The notes below the pieces were generated by a model, which was not told where the DNA came from, did no database searches, and was given only the letters and a program-made list of their open reading frames with translations. A stretch of 64,000 nucleotides of DNA from Callorhinchus milii (taxonomy: Eukaryota). The position numbers were made by a program, and so were the translations under genes. Shown here piece after piece: positions 40,001 through 52,000 of this stretch (position 1 is its first letter; each line of letters begins with the position of its first letter). The DNA is taken from positions 66,526,001 through 66,590,000 of the forward strand of contig NW_024704745.1 of assembly GCF_018977255.1 (NCBI RefSeq). Reading direction: 5' to 3'.

Positions 40001-43000
40001 ACGGGCAAAAACTAGTGGAAACAGAAACGTTTTCTTTAACACCAAAGAGATTCCCAACTTGTATTGGAACACATAAGCCTCCCAACTGAAAAAGAATCCA
40101 ATATGTGTCAGGATTCCTTTTACTTTACCTTATTATTTATATTTTTTCCACCCACTTTTAGGAGTACTCCCTAAAACATAGGAGAATCTGCAGCACCGAA
40201 TCAATTGTAAGCAGAAAGGAAATAGTGCAAATAAATAAAATATGCAAAATTATATTAATTTTTCACTGAATTTGTACAGGAAAATGATTTTGGACTTGCG
40301 GACCGATACGCAGACCTCGCTATGAATGCTGATCGATATAACCCAGCAGCACTGACAAATAAAGGGAACTGTGTCTTTGCGAATAGCGACTATGAGAAAG
40401 CAGCAGAGTTCTATAAAGAAGCCTTGCGGAATGACTCCTCTTTTACCGAGGCATTGTACAATTTAGGTAAGATACAACAATAGCAACTTGCATTTATATA
40501 CAACAACAACTACTTACACATAGCGGCCCACATGCAGGGCAGCGTCCCTGAGCTATAGTTTGCCTACTGGAAGCTCAAACATGATCAGTTGAGATTTGCA
40601 GTAGCAATTTTGTACCAAGATTGCAATGTTTTGGTTTATTCAGTGATTTATTCAGAACCTTGACTCATCAGTGCGTGCTTCTATCCTTAGTGCTCAAATA
40701 TTCTGTGTTATCTTGTTACTGGTTTACTAAGACGTTTAAAAAAATGAGGTTACAAACATCCAAAGCTTAAACTTTAATTTTTGAGTGAATGCACTTCAGG
40801 TAGTGATCAACAAATATTACATACACAAATCTATTGTATCAAATTTTAACTTGACATCATCTATTTTTATTTTTTCAATGAAACTCCCAGGTTTAAGCTC
40901 CTATAGTTCTGTTCTGTTTTCGCTTTCCAATTGGATCAGTCCTGTTCTTCTCCAGTCTTGAAGAAGGGAGAGATGACTTGCTCTCAGGCTTTCATTGCAG
41001 CCACGTTTGAGGCTTACAAGAGTTAACCTTAGATGAATGTTTATCCCCTTTTCCCTTCATGTGGGGAACTTGTTACACTTTGAACTGCACTTTCCTAAAG
41101 CACTGTGGTCCACAGACATGAATCCCTGACTAATCAGTGTATGTTTCTATGCATGTATACTTGTATATATATTGCGTTATTGTCTTACAGCTTCTCTTCG
41201 ACTTTTTCTTTCTAATCCAGGACTCACTTACAAGAAATTGAATAGACTGGAGGAAGCCTTGGATTGCTTTTTAAAGCTTCATGCAATCATGAGGAACAAT
41301 GCTCAAGTTATGTACCAGATTGCAAGTCTGTATCCTTTTTGAGATATTCTTATCAAATTTTGAGCAGCAATATTACTGTTAGTTTCAACATCACAGCACT
41401 CCCAATAGAAAACTACTCCTTGACTAAGATTATTTAAGATATGAAATGTTGGAGGATCCAACTCAAGCTATTGAGTGGCTTATGCAGTTGATTAGTGTTG
41501 CTCCCACTGATCCTCTGGCACTGGCTAAATTGGGGGATTTGTACGACAATGAGGGAGACAAGTCCCAGGCATTTCAGTACTATTATGAGGTAAGTTTAAC
41601 TAGAAAGCTAAAATCCTTACATTTAATATAGAGCCTTTAGTATTGAGGAGCTCTCAAAGCTTTTTTTTTCTCTCTAAGAAGTGTAGTGACCTGTGTATTT
41701 GTAGGTTAATGTGGCAGCCAATAAGTTTGTATACCAGTGTTCCATAAACAGCCATGAAATGAATGACTAATTTTATTTGGGAGCTGGTTGCCCAGGGCAC
41801 TGGGAGGAATTCTCTTTTTGAATAGTACCTTTGAATCGTTTTATTTATTTTTGTTTAAATCTGTCCAATTCATTATATTTTTAAACTATGAGAAAATATT
41901 ACAGATTTCTGTTGGAAAAAAATATCCAGTGGGGTGTAAACTCCTAAACTGTAGATCAGCAGTTTTCCAACCTTGTCACAGTGAACCTTCTCAATCCAAA
42001 GAAAAAAACATTGCTGTTCATATTTCTCATGGTTGTGTTGGCCACTGTCTTTAAAATTTAAGATTGTGCAGAATTTCAATTTAACCTTACTTTCTAAGTC
42101 AGTTTTCCACAGTTCTTAGGTGTCTCTCATATCTAATCTAACAAATGAACTTATTTAACAAATATCCTTTAGAGAAAATGTTCATTCTGATACACATTTT
42201 GATCAACTCTTCAAAGTACATAAATGGTACATACAGGTGGATTCCCATAGAGCAGAGGTTAGCAGGCTCACCTCGCAAGCGATAGGACCCTGGTTCGATT
42301 CCTGGGGACAGAACCTTAAGCAAGTTTCCGTACTCCACACACCTTTGTTTACCTAACAGTAAGTAGGAACCCAGTTATTAGTCAATTGGCAAATTACTTT
42401 CTGGGGATAATAATCTCTAAAAAAAAAAAGTCTCCCAATCCACAACTGTTGGTGGGACATTTCTGTATGCAATTGGCTGTTGCGTTTCGTCCACAAAATA
42501 CACAGTCAAACCACTTTGCAATATATTCTATGAGGCATCTCATCTCAATGAAGTGATAGGGTGCTATATATATCAAATGCAGAGATTATTAGTGTTATTA
42601 TGAGTGACTTCTTTTGTACTGCAAACTTTGGAGTTTGTTAATGTGGTTTGAAAATATAACTACCACTATTCATGAAATGCAAATTTATATTCCTCAGTTT
42701 TCTTAAAATTTCCTCCTGTGAAACTTAAAGCAAACATGCAATGATGCCAGTACTCAACTTTTGTTTAATTGATACGGTTAATTTTGTCAGTCATTTAGGT
42801 ACTTCCCATCGAACATTGAGGGCATTGAATGGCTTGGAGCCTACTACATCGATACGCAGTTCTGTGAAAAAGCTATTCAGTATTTTGAAAGAGCAGCACT
42901 TATCCAGTAAGTATTATTTAGTGCTTTTTGACCTCTTATACCATAATCCACTTCAGATATTTATGTCATTTTTTGAACCTTGGTGAAGTGGAATGTGCAT

Positions 43001-46000
43001 CCTTGGATGCTGATGCTGCCAGTGCCCAAGGTGCAGACGCACTGGCGCGAGCCAAACAGGAGGGCCTTGGTCTTGCTGATATTAAAATGTAGAAAATTGG
43101 CTCTCATCCAAGACTTGATGTCTGACAGGAATCGGTCAGGACATCAGTGGTCCTGGAGTTGAGGGTGGAGGCAGAGAGATAGAGTTGGTGTCATCCGCAT
43201 ACATGTGGAAGTTGATCCCATGTCTGCGGATGATGTCACTAAGAGAGAGCATGTACAGGTTGAAGAGAAAAGGACTGAGCCCTGAGGAACACTGCACAAG
43301 ATGGTGCGGGGGCTGGAGGAGAAGCCGTTTATGGAGATAAAGTGGAGCTGGTGTGAGAGATAGGATCTGAACCATTCCAGGTCAGAACCTTGAAGGTTAA
43401 GGTGAGAGGAGAGGCAGTGGAGGAGAGTTGAGTGGTCCACGCGAGGAGGACGAGGAGTCAGAGCGAGCCCTGGTCACAGATGGACACAATAAACAAGGTG
43501 TCACTACGTAATGCCTACTAAAACTTTATTTTCATCACAGACCAACTCAAGTGAAATGGCAGCTAATGGTAGCAAGCTGTTACAGGAGAAGTGGTAAGTC
43601 AAATTCCAGCTTTTGTTCATACCATTAATATCCAAATACTTCAGTCTTGAAATATACACTAGTAAACATTTGAAAAGAAAACTCCAATAAAAGTCTGGGA
43701 TAGATGAGACAACTGATGTTTTTTTAAAAAAATATATCTGTTACATTGACAAATGTAATGCTCTTATAGTGTAATGGAGAGAAGAAGATGCTGGGTCCAC
43801 ACTGAATTTAATTTGTTTACTGTAATATACAGACAAACTTGTTAGACTGATTTTATAATGTGGGCTTCTAAGTCATGAAGAGAGGTTCACTAACACAACT
43901 TAGTACTTGGGAACATACTTGGGAATTGGGCAGATTGGTGGCAGATGGAATTCAATGTGGAGAAATGTAAAGTATTTCACATGGGGACAAAAATTCCTGA
44001 AAGGGACTGTTATTTGAACGGAAGGAAAATAATATGTATGGACAATGAAAAGGACCTGGGGGTCCTGATTGACAATAAATTGAAGCTCTCCCAACAATGT
44101 TCTGTGGCAGTGAGTAAAGCAAACCAGATGTTGGGATTTATCAAAAGATCAACAGCAAGCCAAAATAGTGGGATAATCCTGCCACAGTATAAATCATTGG
44201 TGAGACCATACTTAGAATACTGTGTACAGTTCTGGTCGCCGCAGTACAAAAAGGATATTGGAGAAATCGAGCAGATACAGAGGAGGGCAACCAAAATGAT
44301 TGAAGGAATGGAAGGACTGTACTATAAGGAGCGACTAAAAAAAATTGGGCATGTTCACGCTGGAAAAGAGAAGATTGAGAGGTGATGTGATTGCTGTCTC
44401 TAAGATTCTAAAGGTGCAAAACAATATAGATCATGACAGGCTGTTTCAACTTATCCAGAATAGTAAAACCAGAGGAGATGGCCTGCAATTGAAGGGAAGT
44501 AAATTCAGAATGAATCTACGCAAAACACTATTTCAGTGAGCGAATAGTGAACCTGTGGAACAGACTCCCAGGGAGATGGTTGAAGCAGGAAGTGTTAATT
44601 CTTTCAAACACAGATTAGATAGTTTGCTTTTAGGAAATAACATTATGGGATATAGTACATAGGTAGTTTAGGACATATGTGCATGCGAACGACAGGAAGT
44701 TGGAAGGCAAACTACATGGACCTTGGTCTTTTTTCTTCTAGCATTTCTTATGTTAAAACTTCTTTTCATTGGAGCATAGAATATTGAGGTGGTCATGATT
44801 TAAGTATTTATATGCGTAGATATAAGCAGGCTAATTACCGAGCAAAGGATGGATTTAAAATTAACAAAACTGAAACAAAGCTAGATCATAGAATCTTACA
44901 GCACAGAAGGAGGCCATTCAGCCCCACGATGGGCTGAATGGCCTCCTTCTGTACTGTAAGAACTATCCTACTCCCCCACTCCTATCCCATAGCCCGAATC
45001 CCATAGGCCTGTTATGAGAACCCTTCCTATCTTTGAGTAAAATGACACTAGTTTCCAGCAAAAGCACTAATTAACTCTTTCAAAGACAAACTGGATTAAA
45101 AACAAAATATAGTATTATATATCAACTAATGAACACATTTTCAATAGAGAAGGGCATGTAAGCACTGCAACTGTAAGATTAAGTTGACTATAGGCACGGG
45201 TGAAGTGGAAGGTCTTCAAGCGTGATCTTGAAGATGAGGAAGGAAGGGGCAAGGCAGAGGGATAGATGAAGAGTGTTCCAGAGTTTTGCGGTGTAATGGC
45301 TGAGCAGAGGGCACAAGGGACGTGCAGGAGGCTGGAGCCAGTCGAGCGGAGGCAGCGGGTGGTGGGTTGAGGAGTAAGCAGGTCGGAGAGGTAGGGAAGT
45401 GCCATGGTGTGAAGGGATTTGAAGACAAGGGTGAACATCTTGAAATCAATTTGTTTGGCGATAGGGAACCAGTGGAGCCTGGCTAGAACTAGTGTGATGG
45501 GGATATGGAGTTAGTTATGGGTGAGTATGCAGGCTGCAGAGTTTTGGATCAGCTGGATTTTGTGCATTTTAAGCATAGTGATGGATTTCTTTTATGCATC
45601 AGATACCTGGTTGACCAAAAGAAAATGTGGTATCACTCTAACTGTTTAAAAACTATTTGGTTTTTTAAAGGTTTTTTTCCACACAATGTTCCAGTTGTCT
45701 TGTTTTTGTAAAATTTTAACCCCTGCATTGGTTAAAATACTCAGATATTTGCGTGTTTGTTTTTCTAAAATGTTACTTCCCATATTCCCAGCTGATAAAA
45801 GACTACTCACCTAATGTACTATATTATGCTTTTCTGTGATTTACAGGTAATTACCAGAAGGCATTGGAAACTTATAAAGACATTCATCGGAAATTTCCAG
45901 ATAATGTTGAATGTAAGATCTTTTCAAAATAAACGTAGCCTAATGGTTCAAGGGTATATCGGTTTCCTACAAAATCAAGTTTGTTTCCATAAAAAGGTTA

Positions 46001-49000
46001 AAGGGGATTTCTCTGTAAGAGATTTTGCATCAAGTTGGTTTAGAATAAATTTACTAATAAATGTGAGCGCACATAAAGGTGAAAAATTGCGGTGTTTCAT
46101 AATTGATTCGATCATATTTTCTGACCATTCCTTGCTGGGGAATCTTATTCCAGCCCCCCCCTTCCCCCAGTATAATGGTTAGGTGCAAAAAAAATCTCTG
46201 CTCCTCAATCACCATTCATTTTAGGAATTTACTGCTCACTTGTGGGTTTTATTTATTTTAGTTGATGAATTTGTTTACCTTGTGTGTAACAGTAAGATTT
46301 TTTAAATTGGTTCTTTGATTAGGTTTACGGTTCCTGGTTCGTCTCTGCACAGATATGGGACTGAAAGAGATTCAAGAATATGCCACAAGACTCAAGAAAG
46401 TTGAAAAAATGAAGGAAATAAGAGAACAGGTGAATATGTATACCCTGCATGAAAGTAATGGCAAGTGATTTTTGTAACAAATACTTTTGTGCTGTGTTAT
46501 GTGAAGCTTCCAACTGTTTAAATTGTAACATGTACTGAAATATAAGTAAAAGTGAAGTCATAAATTGGATGCAACAATACTGATTTAATATCCCCCCTTA
46601 CTTTCTGGCACACATTGTGTGCTTATTTAAAAGTCATAACATTCAAAACCAATCGGATGTCCTCAGAACACTTAACCTTCCCTTGTCTTTTAGCATAGTT
46701 AATCAATAAACCTTAGGCACAATATTTCATCTTGTATTAGCCTGTAAAATCTAAGATCATGTAAATTTCTGATCCTACTTTAGAAGCCAGTTTTCCACAG
46801 GTCATAAAAAGATTAGCCGCTAAATTAAGGCTGAACATATGGAATTTTCCATAAATTTAGAGACTAAATAGGCTAAGACTAGGTGGAAGTCCTCATCTTA
46901 TATTCTCATTCATGTCATTAAATTGAGGTAATAATAATTTATTCTTTTAATTTCTCTACACAGTTTATTCATGTCTACATTGTTCAGATGTCTCTTACAA
47001 AACAATGATCCTGCAGTAAGGAGCCCATTGCAAATATAGAATGGTTTTGAATATTTCAGCTTGGCCTGAAAAGTAGAATAAGACTATAAAGACATAGGAG
47101 TAGGCCATTCGGCCCCTCGAGCCTGCCCCGCCATTTAATAAGATCATGGCGGATCTTCTAACCTAATTCCATTTACCCGCCCTATCCCCATATCCCTTAA
47201 TCCCTCTATCCTTTAGAAATCTATCAACCTCAGTCTCCTCAACATTGCCAGACTCCGCCACTGCCTCACCCCTCAGGCTACCGAAACCCTCAACCACGCA
47301 TTCGTCACATCAAGGCTCGATTATGGAAACTCCCTCCTCATTGGCCTTCCCAATTCTTCCCTTCACAAGCTGCAGATCATCCAAAACTCCGCAGCTTGTG
47401 TACTCTTGCACACCAGGCTCTGTGACCCCATCACTCCCACCGTCGCCCGACTCCACTGGCTTTCCATCCCTCAGAGGATCAAGTTCAAAATCCTAGTCCT
47501 CACTTTCAAGGCCATCTTGCCCCCTCCTACCTCTCCGACCTGCTGACTCCTTACCAACCTGCCCGCTTCTACCATTCAGCGGGCTCCGGTCTGCTCCATG
47601 TCTCCCGCCCGACCCGCCCTACCATTGGTGGCCGAGCTTTCAGTCTCTCTGCCCCCACAGTCTGAAACTCCATCCCAAAGTCCCTTCACCTCACCTCCGC
47701 CCTTGCCTCCTTCAAGGACGGTCTCAAGAGCCTTCTCTTCGATCATACTTTTGGTCACCCTCCCATCTCTCTGCCTTCCCTCACCCCTACACCACCCCTC
47801 CCCCATGCTCGTGCCCCGACACCTGACTGTTCAGCGCTTTGGGAAGACCTCCCGACATGAAAGACACTATAAATGTAATGCATCTACATTATCTGATTCA
47901 ACTACCGATTCAGGCAGCAAGTTCCACAATCTCACTACCCTCTGCCTGTAGTTCCTCCTAAATTCTCTTTAAATTCCTTCAAGTCCCACCTCAAAACCCT
48001 CCTCTTCGACCATGCAATAGGTCACCCATCTTCCCTTCCCCTCCCTTCTCCCTCCCTGACCCCAGCTCGGGTCTGAAATGCTGTACGCTGTACAACGCCA
48101 TAGGATATCTTCCCGACGTGAAAAGTGCTATACAAATGTAATCTGTAGTGCAGATAATTGTGGGAGTTGGTGGGCTTGTAAAAGATATCTATAGATAATC
48201 TATGCCCCGAGATGTAAATGGTGAAGTTGAGGAAAGGAAGAGTCGGAGATGGACAATGTGAATGTTATGGAGGAGTGGAAGGTGGAAGCAAAATTGGTGA
48301 CTTTTTCCGGCTCAGTTTGAGAGCAGGAAGCAGCCCCAACACAGTCGTCAATGTGTCTGAGGAGCAGGTCAGGGAGTGGACTGGAGTAGGCCCGGAACAA
48401 GGAGTGTTCCAGGTGGCCAACAAACAGGCAGGCGTAGCTGGGACCCATGTGGGTTCCCAGAGTGATACCTTTTACTTGGAAGAAGTGGTTGGAGTTGAAG
48501 GTGAAGTTGTTTAATGTCAGAACAAGTTCAGCCAGGCGGAGGAGGGTGCTCTCTGGTCTGCCTGTTTTGTTGCATTCCCTCCATTTCCCCCCCCTTCCCC
48601 GCCTTTGGATTGCATTATTAACACCTCTGTAATCCATCATCCCTTGTCCTCTACCCCATTTTCTCCTTTGTCTTCCTTGCCCTGCCTCCCCCCTCTCTGT
48701 TAGTCCTTAAAAGCCTCTCCCTCACAACACGTCCCAGTTCTGATGAAGGATTGTGGACCCGAAACGTTGACTCACTTTTCTTTCTCCATAGATGCTGCCT
48801 GACCTGCTGAGTGTTCCCAACGACTTCTGTTTTTGTTTCATTTATGTATATGGTGATCAAACATGGATACCTGTAAAACACAATTTTTTACTTTCTACCT
48901 CTTGCCAGACTGACAAGATGACCTTAAGTCCTACCCTTTGCTTTTGGTTTCCTAACCATTCTTTAATCCATTCTGCTACCTCTCCCATGATTCCACATGC

Positions 49001-52000
49001 CCTATTTTAGTCATGAGAACATGTTAATTAAATCATCACAACATTGTAAAAGTTGTCACCGCAAATACTTTTAACTCCCTATAAACCCAAGTCTGTTCAA
49101 CACTTGAATATTGTTCCCATATCTAGGGAGGCAATACCTAGCATCTCTCTTACATTCCCCGAAAATGGTAAAAAAAAACTTGCCATTTGATGGGTGGTGA
49201 TTCTCTCACTTCCAATCTCTCACCTTTCAAAGCAATCTTACTTGTCCTTATTATTGTAAGATCACAAAAGTTCAGAAACCCCTTTGGCCCATTTGATGTC
49301 ATCCTTCCAGAATACCCATCCTTCCATCATCCCATTATACCATCAAGGTGTTTCTTAAATGATTCCATCATCTTAGCCTCATCACCTCATAGATTTTGTT
49401 CTAACTGTATAAAGTGACTGTACTCTTTTCTAAATAGCGAGTGAAGTCTGGCAGAGATGGGAGTGCACGTGGACGCAGAGAAGGCAGTGCTAGTAGTGGT
49501 AAGTGGGCCAGAAAAAGATCATTTGGACTTAATTTTGCTAAAATCTCTACATAGAGCTATCTTCCCAAATGTGTTTTTTGTGCCTCTTATATATGCACTT
49601 AAAAATGATCCTGAAAGCAAATTGAGTGAGCTTTTAATTCTTAGATGTACTAATGAATTTAGATTGTACAATTTTTCTCAAGCAGGGTGGAAGATACTTG
49701 ACCTTACTCAACTTCAGCTATATGTGTCTTCATCCCTCATCAGAAGAAGGATTCCAAATATATTTACTGCTAAGATTTATTTTCAAACGTTTTCCCAGTT
49801 TGAAGGGTGTTGAATCACATTGAGGTATAATTTCATGAAAAGCAACTATGTGGTCATTATTCAGAACAGATAGTGAGTGTCGCAGGGCAGTTCATTTGCA
49901 AGGACATCACAGCCAAACCCAATCTTACCCTCACCTAACATAGTCCACTCCCCTCCACCACCACCAACAATTCAGTCTGGGTTTTGTATTCAATGCCGGA
50001 ATCGTCCAGGGTACCATTTATAGATATTCAACACTTGTCGTTGGAGAAAATATAGGTTTTAGTAGTTTGTTTGGAGTCTATTGAGTGTGTATCATTGTGA
50101 GTTATAAACTTTATTGTAATGAAATTTTGTAGGTGTTGTAGCTAATAACCTAATAATGAAGTAAAGTGCCATGAATTAACTCATGCACAATTTATATAGA
50201 TTTGATTGATGCATTTAAAAGGGGGCTGGATGGATATGCAGAGTAAGGATTTTAAAGTATCATTAGTACTTTAGGTATTATAAGTACATTAGGTGGAGAA
50301 CTAAAATTCAAGGGAGTTGACATAGACTTGTTTGAATGTTCTTATGTTCCTTCTTTACTGGTAAAAATAAGTTGTTTTAAGGTTTTCAAACTCTATGCTT
50401 TTTTATTATGATCTGACATTGCAATAAAGTAACAAGATCAGCAAAAATGCTGCTTCAGGCATCATGTGGGTGTCTAATGTTGACTTGAAATATTTGAGTA
50501 TTTTGTGTGCATATGGCTGTAGTAAAATGATACTGATTGCAGAAAGCCTATTTCTGATAGATGTTTTTTTAACCAGAAACCTTGCAAATGAAACTTCAAA
50601 TGTAATGTCTTGTTTCCAAAGTGTAACTTTAAATACTTGCATACTTTAAACATTAGTTAGCAAGATATTAATAAAGCTAAAACCAATCAGTTTTCATGAG
50701 GAGTAAAGTATTATAGAATTTTTAAGATTGACACTAACTCATTCTTTTCAGGTTAGTTTAACAACTGCTAGATCTTGATTTAATTTTGGAGATTTATTAT
50801 CAGATGATGTTCGAACTTATTAAAAGTAAAATAATTATTATTGTCCGTATTCATGTGCAGCTTTGCATGGTCGCCTTTACTGAGCAAATCATTAAAATAG
50901 AAAGTAAAAAAACAAGAATTGAATCTGCAATGTCAGTTCAAACTGGTCTAGGTCCAAGTTCCCTTCTATCAAGAAGGAATGACCAGAAGTAAGTTTTCAG
51001 AACAAAACAGTATTGTAGCTTGTACAGACACATTTTCAACGAAAAACTTATGTCATTGGAAGTGTCCCGTCCCTGTATGTGGAATCATAAATCAGTAAAA
51101 TGAATTGTGATTTTATAAAAAATGAGTGATGTTGATTTGAAATTAGCTAAACGATTACTCTTGAAATCGAGGGTGAACAGGAAAATGGTTATGAGAAAAA
51201 TGGGTAATACTGTAGTAATGTAAGTGTGCCACGACAGTTTCCTGGAGAGTACTTTAGACTCTTAAGATATCTCTGATGTGTCTTTTAATAGCCCGATATA
51301 ATTTCTCCAAAGATATCTGTGCTTCTAGTAGCCACAATGTGCAATTTATGAAATATCTACCTTCATTACAGATACCTGTAACTCAACACATTTTTAAAAA
51401 ATAATGCCTAGACCAAGGGGAGCTGCATCTTTGTATTGTGTCACTTGTTGTTTTTGAACCACCGAGTTGTGTAAATATCCCTGCACATTCAGCATTCCAA
51501 CCAAGGTGTGACCCATGTACACTTGCAATTCATTCACTGCCCATCCAATACTTTGTGTAATATATATACCTAATAGCCCTTATGTTTCTACTTCTGAAAT
51601 GTGCTGTACATTTTACCCAGGGGAATGCCAAGTCAGGTATCTCCAAATCCAGAAACATGGGACACAAACTTCATAATATATAGGACAAATGAAATGTGTT
51701 TTCTTCTGAAAATTGTGTTTTATGAATATCAAGTTGAAAGCATATATTCCTTGAGATTTAATTTGAATGTATTCTTACTCTCTTAATCCCATCAATTCTC
51801 TTAATCTTGCATCATCAGTGCAAGAATGAACTTTTTCTGATCCATTTTTCTAAATGCCAATTCTGTGTCAATATTCCTATTTAGATTTTAAAGTTTTAAA
51901 AAAAATCTGAAGAACTATTCGGGAATGTTAGTGTGATCTAATTTTTAACCACCATCTTTAACCTGCAGATTATGTTTTGGGTTTTTGAAATTACAACTGT

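Noticed and set aside
51621-51636. AG/GT-bounded micro-exon in the IFT88 intron
   Set aside because: 16 nt would shift the frame, and the donor is weak.
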